Source: Paraphysomonas bandaiensis (taxonomy: Eukaryota; Protista; Chrysophyceae). Taken from it: a stretch of 64,000 nt of DNA. The notes beneath the pieces were generated by a model. The model was not told the origin of the DNA. It saw nothing but the letters and a program-made list of their open reading frames with translations, and made no database searches. Both the position numbers and the translations under genes were made by a program. Below, piece by piece: positions 25,901-38,967 of the stretch. Position 1 is the stretch's first letter. Every line of letters begins with the position of its first letter. The stretch covers positions 62,001 to 126,000 of the forward strand of contig CBFFRP010000249.1 in assembly GCA_965644295.1 (NCBI GenBank), given 5' to 3'.

Positions 25901-28900
25901 CTCCTTGGTTACTGGGGATTGTGCTACTGCCCCAGATTGTGACGCTATAAATAGATACAACTGTTCGACAACCGCAGCTACCTGTGGCGTCTGCAAAAGT
26001 GGATATATTGGGGAATATGGCCATAAAAATTCCCCATGTCAACCTTTGCATGCGTTTCACACGAATCAGCGTGTATTGAGCGCATCTGCAATGAGTGGAA
26101 GCGAAACTGTATCCTGCTACAATCACACTGACTGTGTTACGTCGCGGTGGGAATATTGTATAAACGGTGCATGTGCGCCGATGCAAAAAGCCTGTATCAA
26201 TAACTGTTCTGGTCACGGTAGCTGTAGCTTTGTATTCGCTCATAACAGATCCCACACCCTCCCAGCATGTGGAATATTGGAATATACGTGTGAAGCAGTG
26301 TGTGTATGTGACTTTGGATACCGTGGTATTGCATGTGCAGAATCAGTCGAAGAGTACAACAAAAGACAGAATATATATCTCTTGCTTACTAATTCCGTGT
26401 ATAGACTAACGCAAACCGAGATTCCAGTCAGAGGAATTGTGATCAGTTGGGTTGAAGACCTCTCGTTTCTTGCATTGAACGTCTCCGATATATCTGACAA
26501 TAGAAGTGCACTTGTCACCAGCACTGCATTAGATATTGTAGAGATGTTTGAAGGTCTGGAGTTATCGTATGACGATGTCATCGGAATGTCTTCGATTATA
26601 GATTTTTCTTTACGTCTTAGCCATGACAACACCGTAGTGGACCCATTTGTGCTGGTTCGTACCTTCGTAAGGTTTATATTAGCTGGTATGTCCGTTAATC
26701 AAGACCAAGTTGACATTATTGAGGATAAATTTCGCGCTTCGGTGTATAACACTGATTGTTTTAGAGGGCCTATTAGTTCTCCTATATTAGATATTGAAGC
26801 CCTTGCTGGGAGAACTGGTCAACTGGCTTCAATACCCATGGTCTGTGATACTAGGGGAAATGCTCTTGGTGTCATGGAAGTGATACCCACTTCAGTATTG
26901 AATATGTCGTATTTGTCGATTCCCTTGCTTATTGAGATCCAGAGTTTTTCTTGTGTTTCCTCTGGTGCATCGACTTGTTCATCAAGAATTGTTTTTCAAA
27001 ATGTACCTGATCGAAACAGAATTCCTGGTAACAATACGGAGTATCTGAGTGTATTTTGTAGGGCCTATAGGCCTGAGACCTACAATATGACATGCAGCAG
27101 TGGTGACGTGGTTACTGTTACTTGTGACGGAAAATCTGACGGAGTAATGAAGCAGTTTTGTCCATCGTATACCCCTTCAGCTACATGCAGGCAGTACACT
27201 ATCGGACGTGATACTGTGGGCAGTTGTAGGTTGGTACAGTACACCGACAGTAACACTACGTGTGAATGCGATTTGATTGAGTTGACGAGATCTAGGGAAT
27301 CACTTAAGTTCACTTCAGAGCGAAATATGATAATCAGTGAACGTACCGCTGTGTGGAGTGCATTCAGTTACCATGTGCCCGCAGAACATACCGGATTTAT
27401 CGTAATTTATACAGAAGGGTTATTTCTCTGTATCTTTTTCATTTTTCTTACAGTCGGCTCGAATTCCAGTGAATACTGGAGCAAGAGAAAGTCCACTTCT
27501 AGCGCGGACTCATTCCCAGCTACTGATGGAATAGCTACATTACGTTTTATCGAGTCGCTATTGCCTAGGGTGTATATTGGTGAAAGTTTGCTGGAAATAT
27601 TCGTGGATGCACTAAAATCGTATCACTACCTGTATTTTGCTATATTCGGTCAATGTACAGCGCGCACAAGTGGTGCGATACTTGAGTTTTTTACAAAGGT
27701 ATTGATTGTTATGTCTTGTATAGCCGTGTTTATGGACATTAAAAGTAACCACAATTGTGGGTCGTATGCCACGGAATCAGAGTGCGCTCGCGAAGAGTCA
27801 GACTTTGCGTCAGGGAGTACGAAATGTGTTTGGTCCGGCTCGAGCTGTGATTACAATTTTGTTGAAGTAGATATACAATTTGTTGTTCAGATTGCGATAT
27901 ATGTAACACTTCTTGCGATACCTATGTCACGATTCATATATTGGCTATCGGGTGAAATGTATAGAATTGTGGTAACTGAACCGTCAATTCAACAACGAAA
28001 TTATTCCTCTGTGTTTAATAATATTGACTCTGAAGTTGGACCTGGGGTGGAACTTTCTGTGGAAGAGGACTTAGACCTAAAGCATAGTGAGTTTCTATCC
28101 AGTTTGACCACTTATCGTGCTGGACTTTCTCTGATAAATCGTCAAGTATTTGATGGTAAGTGTGTTTTATATTAAGCCTGTGATGTTTACGTTTGTGAAC
28201 AGACATGTGGAATATTAAAACAACTTTGCATCGCACTGAAAATGCGAGCGATGAGGATTTAACTAAAACACAAAAGGATCTCTCATCATTTATGAAGCGT
28301 GATATGGAAAAGGTACTGCATCATGTTTCATCTCAGCTACCGGCGTATTACAACAGTATGGACTTGAATGAAATGCGTGATAGGGTACTATTACTTTTTA
28401 TTGTCGACTTATTGAGTCAAAGGGGAAAACATATCTTGAATATTACGCAGGCACGAAGTAAGGACAGAAACCTGGATGCGATGTATAGCTATGTGATTTT
28501 AGGAATAATAGACGCGTTGATGCTTGTATACATCACACATTATGGAATACGTCAGAGTTACTATATACAAATAGCTTGGGTCCAGGTGTTAGTCTTGTGG
28601 GTATTTATTGAGTTGGGCTTTGTGAGTTGGCTTGTAGTTTTGGTGATTCATGTGGTGCTACCTCTCTATTGTCGGGATCAAGTTCGAATAGCAGTACTCT
28701 TTCTCTGGCATTTGTATTCTAATTCCTTTTACATGTCATCTATGACGTACTGTAATTCACAGTCATGTCGAATTCATTCAGCATTGAAAAAACAGATGTC
28801 ATGTGCAAGTTTCAATTCTGCTGCCCATTTTTTCGTGTCTGTGAAATTGTCGTTGTTATTCCCTTCAATGCCTGGTATTGATCCCGTTCGAGAATTTTCG

Positions 28901-31900
28901 ACAACTTTACCACCAGGTGCAGTGTTAGAGATATTCAACCAGAAGAAAACATCAATAATCAAAATGTCAGAAGCCTTTTTGTTGGATGTATTTGTATCAC
29001 TTCCTGTTGTGATTCAAGATGCGTGCCTGAACACTGTTATTGCTGGATGTGTTTGCCTCTTACTTTATGCATGCAACGAAGGGTTCGGGCTGAATATTTG
29101 GGTTATATACACAACTGCTCTATTCACTTTTATTGTGATGTCTTGTACATGTTTCCTTATTAAAGCTTATGGGCCTCTCAATGAAGCTGCTGTTCATGCT
29201 GAGACTATCAATGGAAATAAGATTAGCACTGGACTCGAGAAGTTGCGAGTCCTACTGAGTTGTTCATGTTGTTCTGGAAAAGGCAGTGCTGAGAAAGAGT
29301 TGAAGCTTACCCGTAAAAATCTTAACACACATAATCAGCACACTGCCGAAATTGCGGGTATGTCGAGGCATGAGACGATTGCTAGTAGTCCGTTGAATAT
29401 GATCATTGATCGGGGCAATCCGAAATGGTTAGAGGAAGATAGGAACGGTTGTAATGGAATGGACATCGGGAACTCACCCTATGCGGAATCTGAAATCGAT
29501 ACTTCCAATAGCAGCAGTGGAATGTCTTATGAGTATGATTTTATTCGTATCGCAGCGCCAGTTGGCATGCCCGAGAGCAAGCAATGGGATAGTCAACCGT
29601 ACAGGCACATCTACAACGAAGGCGAAGATGCTGCGTATAGTACTCATAAGTCTACCGCTGTTGCCCCAGAAGAAATTGACAGCATTGTGGATGCGTTCTT
29701 ATTGTCTTCGAGCTCAGAAAATGCGAGTTTTGATGCATCTGACATTACGGTCATGGGTAAAACGAAACCAACACTGAGGAAAGTACTGTCCAGGAGTAAA
29801 GTAACCCCGTTATCGGTCGGTGAATCGTGTCGTTCGTTGAACCCATTAAAGTTGGGTAAAACAGGGAGTTCTCTTTCGAATGAAGCGTGTGTGACGTTCA
29901 CTGACAGCAGTGACGACGATACGTCCACTTTCGACAATGATTATAGTGGAATTATTACTAGTAATGAAAGAGATCTAACTAACCAGAAAGATGGCTTCCT
30001 TACGTCGCCTCGTGATATAACATTGTCTAGCATGCCGACCTCCGAAGATTACCGAGGCGATAAGGCCTTAAATTATATCAGCAGTGGAAGTGTGATAGAT
30101 AAGGTGTCATCTAAAGCATATGTATTCAGGAATGCGTCACGAAGTGATGATTCAAGTGACAGTGATATGATGAGAGAGGCTGAAGTGATGATGCAACCTT
30201 CTATGTCCACGGATCAGGTGTCATCTAAAGCATATGTATTCAGGAATGCGTCACGAAGTGATGATTCAAGTGACAGTGATATGATGAGAGAGGCTGAAGT
30301 GATGATGCAACCTTCTATGTCCACGGATCCGGTGTCATCTAAAGCATATGTATTCAGGAATGCATCACGAAGTGATGATTCAAGTGACAGTGATATGATG
30401 AGAGAGGCTGAAGTGATGATGCAACCTTCTATGTCCACGGATCCGGTGTCATCTAAAGCATATGTATTCAGGAATGCGTCACGAAGTGATGATTCAAGTG
30501 ACAGTGATATGATGAGAGAGGCTGAAGTGATGATGCAACCTTCTATGTCCACGGATCTGGTGTCATCTAAAGCATCTGTATTCAGGAATGCATCACGAAG
30601 TGATGATTCTAGTGACAGTGATATGATGAGAGAGGCTGAAGTGATGATGCAACCTTCTATGTCCACGGATCCGGTGTCATCTAAAGCATCTGTATTCAGG
30701 AATGCGTCACGAAGTGATGATTCAAGTGACAGTGATATGATGAGAGAGGCGGAAGTGATGATGCAACCTTCTATGTCCACGGATCAGGTGTCATCTAAAG
30801 CATCTGTATTCAGGAATGCGTCACGAAGTGATGATTCAAGTGACAGTGATATGATGAGAGAGGCTGAAGTGATGATGCAACCTTCTATGTCCACGGATCA
30901 GGTGTCATCTAAAGCATATGTATTCAGGAATGCGTCACGAAGTGATGATTCAAGTGACAGTGATATGATGAGAGAGGCTGAAGTGATGATGCAACCTTCT
31001 ATGTCCACGGATCAGGTGTCATCTAAAGCATATGTATTCAGGAATGCGTCACGAAGTGATGATTCAAGTGACAGTGATATGATGAGAGAGGCTGAAGTGA
31101 TGATGCAACCTTCTATGTCCACGGATCCAGGTGTCATCTAAAGCATATGTATTCAGGAATGCATCACGAAGTGATGATTCAAGTGACAGTGATATGATGA
31201 GAGAGGCTGAAGTGATGATGCAACCTTCTATGTCCACGGATCCGGTGTCATCTAAAGCATATGTATTCAGGAATGCGTCACGAAGTGATGATTCAAGTGA
31301 CAGTGATATGATGAGAGAGGCTGAAGTGATGATGCAACCTTCTATGTCCACGGATCTGGTGTCATCTAAAGCATCTGTATTCAGGAATGCATCACGAAGT
31401 GATGATTCTAGTGACAGTGATATGATGAGAGAGGCTGAAGTGATGATGCAACCTTCTATGTCCACGGATCCGGTGTCATCTAAAGCATCTGTATTCAGGA
31501 ATGCGTCACGAAGTGATGATTCAAGTGACAGTGATATGATGAGAGAGGCGGAAGTGATGATGCAACCTTCTATGTCCACGGATCAGGTGTCATCTAAAGC
31601 ATCTGTATTCAGGAATGCGTCACGAAGTGATGATTCAAGTGACAGTGATATGATGAGAGAGGCTGAAGTGATGATGCAACCTTCTATGTCCACGGATCAG
31701 GTGTCATCTAAAGCATATGTATTCAGGAATGCGTCACGAAGTGATGATTCAAGTGACAGTGATATGATGAGAGAGGCTGAAGTGATGATGCAACCTTCTA
31801 TGTCCACGGATCAGGTGTCATCTAAAGCATATGTATTCAGGAATGCGTCACGAAGTGATGATTCAAGTGACAGTGATATGATGAGAGAGGCTGAAGTGAT

Positions 31901-32801
31901 GATGCAACCTTCTATGTCCACGGATCCGGTGTCATCTAAAGCATCTGTATTCAGGAATGCGTCACGAAGTGATGATTCAAGTGACAGTGATATGATGAGA
32001 GAGGCTGAAGTGATGATGCAACCTACTATGTCCACGGATCAGGTGTCATCTAAAGCATCTGTATTCAGGAATGCATCACGAAGTGATGATTCAAGTGACA
32101 GTGATATGATGAGAGAGGCTGAAGTGATGATGCAACCTTCTATGTCCACGGATCCGGTGTCATCTAAAGCATATGTATTCAGGAATGCTTCACGAAGTGA
32201 TGATTCAAGTGACAGTGATATGATGAGAGAGGCTGAAGTGATGATGCAACCTACTATGTCCACGGATCCGGTGTCATCTAAAGCATCTGTATTCAGGAAT
32301 GCGTCACGAAGTGATGATTCAAGTGACAGTGATATGATGAGAGAGGCTGAAGTGATGATGCAACCTTCTATGTCCACGGATCCGGTGTCATCTAAAGCAT
32401 CTGTATTCAGGAATGCGTCACGAAGTGATGATTCAAGTGACAGTGATATGATGAGAGAGGCTGAAGTGATGATGCAACCTACTATGTCCACGGATCCGGT
32501 GTCATCTAAAGCATATGTATTCAGGAATGCGTCACGAAGTGATGATTCAAGTGACAGTGATATGATGAGAGAGGCTGAAGTGATGATGCAACCTTCTATG
32601 TCCACGGATCCGGTGTCATCTAAAGCATCTGTATTCAGGAATGCGTCACGAAGTGATGATTCAAGTGACAGTGATATGATGAGAGAGGCTGAAGTGATGA
32701 TGCAACCTACTATGTCCACGGATCCGGTGTCATCTAAAGCATATGTATTCAGGAATGCGTCACGAAGTGATGATTCAAGTGACAGTGTTGCGAGGTTGTG
32801 A
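16914..32801 (+). CDS. Giant polycystin-1/REJ-like surface protein (SP, C-type lectin, LRR, PTGQ stalk, REJ, EGF-like, GPS-like, multi-TM, 38-aa repeat tail); contains an in-frame TAG and a frameshift
   Basis: ORFs 16914-25610 and 25647-28175 share a frame separated only by TAG 25608-25610. A 47-nt intron 28156-28202 joins in frame to 28205. A +1 shift near 31129 leads to 31131-32801. CTL (WSWDDG...[14 protein letters not shown]...YVCE), plant-type LRR (NSLSGKLP), REJ motifs ([18 protein letters not shown]), TTCEC before the TM segments. Confidence 0.8.
18240..22620 (+). repeat. Coding 12-bp tandem repeat, P(T/S)(G/S/A)(Q/E) tetrapeptide stalk
   Basis: About 4.4 kb of [12 protein letters not shown] units, including a near-exact internal duplication offset by ~612 bp (19239 vs 19851). 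Confidence 0.97.
30104..32787 (+). repeat. Coding 114-bp tandem repeat, 24 units (last partial), VSSKA(Y/S)[26 protein letters not shown](S/T)MSTD(P/Q/L)
   Basis: Near-identical head-to-tail units varying at a few sites, with no unique spacers. Confidence 0.97.
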
Positions 32802-35552
32802 GTTTAGTTGTTGAAAGTTTAGGATATGTGTCTATGTGTTGTACATTTGGAAGTTACATATATATATTTTGTGAGTATTATACGTATGGGTGTTACTTGT
32901 TATAGAGTATAAGTGTATATGTCTTGGTCAGAATTGAAATGAAAGTGTGGTGTAGCTGTTCATACACATGAAACCTTTATTGATAAAATTATAATTATTT
33001 TATCAAGTGACTGGAAACAGTAATTACGCACATAAATTGAACTATATAATCTTGGCTTCTGCAGAATTTATTCACGGTTCAAGGGCACTTATGAGGTAGT
33101 CTCGACTTAGAAGACAGATGTCATGTGCATGTTATAATAGTTTTCGAGGTATTACAACCATAAAAATTATTAATCATGCAACAAGTATAAACAAAAAGCA
33201 ATTAATGCAGATTAGCAGGGCATCTCCATTCATCACAACAACTGTAGTGGGCTCCTAAAGAGTAATCGTAGGTATATTTGAAAACGGACTGTAGATATAT
33301 ATTCGTAGACTGCAACGACAAGCCATTAAAAATATACCGGCAAAACATTTTAACGCCATGGTGTTCTGTTGAGTTTTGCTGTTTAAGCAATTAAAATCTG
33401 TAATTCTAAGATATTGGAATTATGACGGTTACTGGAGAATACAGTAGTGGTTAACTGTATTATGAGAAGTAATGAGAACTAAATATATATTGACCATACA
33501 AGAAGATAGTGACGATATAAGATCGTACTAGAAATGAGTGGTAGTAGAGATAACGTGATATATTGTTTATTATATTTATTATAATCTTCCCTAATCTTAA
33601 CTTGTTTAATGAGTAAATAAACGTCCAGTTAACTTAGTAAATCATCCAATTGTGTCATAACTTGACATGTTCAACTACTGATAAGAGCTATATGATCTTG
33701 GCTTATGAAAGATCAAGAGCCAAGTACTGAGCTTGTAGTGTTTATGAGCTCTAGGTGAATCTATATAGGCTGTAGTCACTGCTTCATGTCTGAATGATGG
33801 AGTAGCATTCTCTGATGGATGTTATCAATGTACGTACATGGCCTGCAATAAGATGATGAAAACTCTTATTCAACACATGCTGTGTGTGTCTGCTATATTG
33901 TTACTTGTATGCTCAAACACGTATTCGGTATTACATATGAACACTAGGTCACAGGCTACCAGTGGTACACACTTGAATCTGTCTATGAAGATAGAAAGCC
34001 CAGACATCTACGCGTATATAAGTACAACATTTCGATTCTGTGTTACTGTGAAACTGCACTGCACTAATCTACCTCATTGTTAAAGCATCATTCTTTTATC
34101 TTGATATTTTGAGCTCCAGTCGTCACTACAGACTATAGACAACCAAGAAAACCACATAAAATAGCTGTAAACGTTATTAGTTTTATGGGCTTGCCGTAGT
34201 TTTAGATGTATGTATCGGGGTGGGGCATGTGAGGACTTGACAGCAACCCGTATATTGCTCTTTTGAATATATGGCCATTTACCGACAGTGGAACTCTAGC
34301 ATAGTGTTCACCAACGGGCACTAAGTCATAGTGTTTCGTCGCCGACTTCACTATCAAGAATTGTTGCACCTGTTGCTGCGGTAACTCTCCAAGTGGCACT
34401 ACGCTTGACACACACCACAGTGCGTGTAAACAACACAGCTACCCTGAAATAGATTCATTAGTTTTTGTTATTTATTTACAGCGTTTTTATTTGAACTTAT
34501 TCGAATTCATTCTTCTATATCCATTCTGAGTATATTGGTGCAATTTTTAAAGCCTATTGCTAAATAATAATACTTTCAATATATCCATTCTGAGGGCATT
34601 CTATATTGTAGTACAACTGCTGATTAAACTAAACAGTGCATTGGTCTTTATTCTAATCCTGGGTGTTCTTCGAGTGTTGCGCCAAGCATGCTCCAGATAG
34701 ATCTAGTTACACTATACATAGTATACCTGTATACCCCTAGGGGTATAGTAGCTAGCCATGTGGTTTCAAGCAAGTACGGGGGCGCAAGGTTAATATTCTT
34801 ATTAATCCATATATTAAAAGTTAGCAGATGACTCTCAGATGACTCTCAGATGACTCTCATGTTATGTATCAGTATCAGTGGTATGGTTGAGCTCACTGAT
34901 TCTTGCACTGATCAATTGGTCACTTTATACTTATATTTGTCGATAAACACTTGTGCCATATCGCTGTGGGTATAATCAGTGGTTTACTTTTTTCTGTTTC
35001 CAGGATCCTCACTGTGCACTATGCTGTTGGCCTTTCGACGCACAGGATGCCCTTTCGGGTATTGATTTCGAATCTTTATAGCTTCACCCATTTGAAGCGG
35101 TTCTGCATCTTCACTCACATCATTCATGTTATGGTCTGGTGGTGTAGTGGCTCCGCATTGATATTCTATGCCATATAGATGATCCCACTATACCATACAT
35201 GCAACGAGAAGATCCATTCTGTGTACAGAAAGCGTACAGAGCTGGACCAAAATGTATCTTGGACGGGTATAAACTGAAAAGTTAGGTCGTAAGTCCTGAG
35301 ATCTCTGTGTACCGGTATACCGTATACCGGTACGATTAACCCTCTTATTGCGTATAGGACTGTATACAGCTGTGGAAGTGGTGTGTGTTTTTCCAGGAAT
35401 TGACCTGCACGCCGACACACACCAACACAGACAGGGCGGAGGATACGTCTGTGTAGGTACACGACTGCACTGGGCCTCCACGCAGGCAGGTACACATACA
35501 TACATACACTGTCTATATATTAACACCAGCATCCATATACATACACACCGAC

Positions 35553-36930
35553 ATGAATGAATCTATATGGCTCTATCTCAACCAATTCACATGGATTCGT
35601 TTTGATTCTTATATAACTGATCTTCTCGAGACTCACTTCACATCCGACAGCAGGAGCAGCACTCTGACTATCGGGGACAGTGTCTTCGACCTCACGAGTA
35701 TGTGTGTCATCAATGAGGCTCAAAGTCCTCCTGTCACACCCATTAAAAGAGAATCTTTACATCATAATCGTAACAGTGTATGGGAATGGGACATGGAAGG
35801 GACATGGTCGCCGTACTCATACGATGACAGTGAGAACATATCGATCGTTGAGAGGGACGGACTGGGATCGATCGTATTGTATTTCGGCCCTCAAATGACT
35901 CCCTATAAAATAGACACACGGCGATGTGTTCAGTGCAATATGAGAACAGGTTTTGAAAGGAGAATACGGCGTAATACGACCCCCACACCAGTCCCCACCT
36001 CCACACCCGCACCATCTAATCGGAATCATGTGCAGACGTCTCGTATTGACTGTGCTGTACGCAGATGTTTGAACACAGCCGTTCCCTTCCCACAGTATAC
36101 AAACGATTGTACGGTGTGTTTGGAAAACTTCAGTGACACTGATCCAGCATACCTTCTGTCTGAGTGTTCGAGTCATGCATTTCACAAATCGTGCATGGAT
36201 CGTTTTTTAAGAACTACTGGAAAGTGTCCTGTTTGTAATCATATCTATATACCTCACCAAGGTTGCCAACCATCTGACGGCCGTATGGACGTAGAATACC
36301 TGCCCCAAGGAAAGTGCCCTTTGAGTGGATACCCTACTGATGGCACGATTGTAATGTGAGTGACAAACATACTATAGTTGTACTAACCCACTACTATACT
36401 ATAGCAAATATTTTTTTCCTAGTGGTATTCAAGGACCAGAACATCCGAACCCTGGAGTTCAATACAGTGGGACAAGTCGTACTGCTTATCTACCAGATAC
36501 TACCGAGGGCAGAGAGGGTACGTTGCACCTATACTCTAGGCGATAACCTGGCTTGTGCCTCATATGTATGTTTAGTTTTGAATCTGCTGGAACAGTGCTT
36601 CAAGAATCGCCTAACTTTCACCGTGGGGCGCTCAATAACCACAGGCAGAGATAACTGCGTTGTATGGAATGGAGTGCATCATAAGGTACTCATTCAACGC
36701 TTTAATTACACTGCAATCAATTTTTAACATAATGCGTTCCTTTTGCCATTTATTTGAAATACGAACCTTTTACATATACTTTGAGTGGAGTTTTCTAATT
36801 TTTGTCTGTATTTATGGACCACGTACAGACAAACACCTCAGGTGGTGCTACGAATTTTGGATACCCGGACCCCACGTACTTCACAAGAGTCAAATGCGAG
36901 CTTTTGGCAAAAGGTTTTGGTGGATTGTGA
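35553..36930 (+). CDS. Deltex-like E3 ubiquitin ligase (WWE + RING-H2 + Deltex C-terminal domain), 4 exons
   Basis: WEWD..GTWSPY...[14 protein letters not shown] (WWE); CTVC...[10 protein letters not shown]...CPVC (RING); [57 protein letters not shown] (DTC). Confidence 0.9.
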
Positions 36931-38154
36931 TCGTTTACTTTGTTTCCCCTTATCATGACTATGTCGGTAGATTACCTATTGCTGGTTTAGCACATATATG
37001 TAGCATTGACGGAATATCTAACTGTACTTGACCTTAACCAACGTGGAGAAAATGTTCAAATTTGAGACTTTTAGTTCAAGCTATATTCTAAAATAGTTTT
37101 TAATGATATATGTTATTCGAATGGTTTGCAGTTAGTATTCGTAGCAACTATAAGATATTATAATGAGATTAAATTTTTGTCCTTTTTAGGTTTTACTCTG
37201 TGCCCAGTACACGTTGTCCTATGACTTCTGGGGATGAGCCTACTGCACCACTACCTTTCCATTCCCAAGGTACAACCTCTACGTTATAACTACCACAGGT
37301 TCTATGGGCCCATTTTCTTGATGGATTAGGTCGTCGTATCAGCAGTTTCTCTTGTTCCTATTTCGTGTATACTATAACTCGTGTACGGTAAATAATGTAT
37401 GACACATTATATGAGTGAATAGATAAAGCGTCTAGTACAAGATAACATATTTTAACACTGCACTTTATATAACTCAATTAAAATTCTCTCTACCTATCTG
37501 TTGTACAAATTCACTTCAGTCGTGAGAAGCTGCAAATCCTCTAAAGAGTTTGAATAACCTTTCTATTTCTTATCTGTTACACGCGCAAGAAAGTTGTTGA
37601 AGCAAAAGTGGGTGGTATGGTAACCAGGATACGGAGAATATGACGTTGGTAGTTAGTACTATTTATATATATTTGTGGTATTTACTTGCGGTTAGACTAG
37701 AAAAGAAATATCTACATTACTTTGATTACATTGTAATTCAATGTGGGGCTACCAGAAACAATGTTATTGCTGAACTGTAATATACGCGGAGCGGACTGTT
37801 GTTAATAGATAGAGCATTATGCTCACAATTGCTGACCACATAAATTTTTCAGTCAAGCTCATAGCAATAATAGTGTTCATAGTTTACGTATAAGGTAGAG
37901 CTAGGAAGCAATATACCGCATAATATTGTAAGCTAGATCTCATCAATAATATCGCAGCACTTTTTGAACCGGTCCAACAATTGCAATAGTATTGCAGTAG
38001 TAGTAGCATTTACCAATTGCTAAATACAAGCGTATAGTCATTATAAGGTCTCGTGGTTATTAAACCCACGGGACAAAAAATGTGGGTAAATGACGTCTTT
38101 TTTTACACTGTGCCAAACAAAGATATTAATTAAGGAACTGTTGTTAGTAGTACG

Positions 38155-38967
38155 CAGGGATAGGGAACAATATATTGTATTGCAATACATTGTACAATAT
38201 ATTGCAATATATTGTAAAATATATTGATTGGTGGACTGGTCAAATATTCCATCAATAGTGTTTCTGCTAAAAGAGCTCACAATACTATTGCAATATATTG
38301 CAATCAATATTATGATAGTCATATAAGAGAAGATTCTCAACTGTATGGTGCAAAATGGATAAAAATAACCGAGAAATTGATTACAACATTACAAAGGATA
38401 ATGAAGCTGATGTTGACTATGCGACTAAAAATCTTCAGTCAGCTCAAAAAATTAAGAAACGTACAGATCCACGAGTCATTAACGGTTGCCTGGCCCTAGT
38501 ATGTACTTCCGATACATGGGAACGTCTGTTCAGCACAGCTAAACATATTATATCAGTGTTGCGCAAAAGTATCCATCCTACTTAATATGCTGTTGTTTTA
38601 GAAAGCTATTCGACAGTTATGGCCGGATACTATGTAGCATATTTCAATTAATTCTGTGGATGAATATGGTGATGTTGACCTCACCGATGATGGCTCAGAG
38701 GATGAGGACGAGGTGGATTTTTAGTAGCTATAAGCAGCAGTTGGTTTGGTTGTCATGTGATCTTAATGGCTAATACTAAAAATGAAATCTACGGATGTGT
38801 TTACCTACTGATTAGTCAAACTAATATATCGCAATACATTGACAATATATTGCAATATATTGCAATATATTGTAATTGTATTGTAGGACCGGTTTAAAAA
38901 ATCCATCAATACTATTGATGGAACGCTATCTAACAATAGTATTGCACTATATTGTTCCCTATCCCTG
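38155..38967 (+). mobile_element. Non-autonomous (internally deleted) hAT DNA transposon
   Basis: Perfect 20-bp TIR CAGGGATAGGGAACAATATA (38155-38174 / 38948-38967); 8-bp TSD GTAGTACG (38147-38154 / 38968-38975); internal hAT dimerisation-domain remnant CTSDTWERLFSTAKHIISVLRKSI; subterminal ATATTGCAAT repeats. Confidence 0.93.

Noticed and set aside
30110-30130. KAYVF/KASVF as a PP1-docking RVxF motif
   Set aside because: The spacing does not fit [RK]-x(0,1)-[VI]-x-[FW].
30214-32719. Antisense repeat ORFs ([12 protein letters not shown]...)
   Set aside because: Reverse-frame by-products of the 114-bp repeat, broken wherever the CAG variant creates a TGA.
30104-32787. 114-bp array as a CRISPR-like array
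   Set aside because: Units are contiguous and near-identical with no unique spacers, the length is a multiple of 3 and in frame with the gene, and there are no cas genes.
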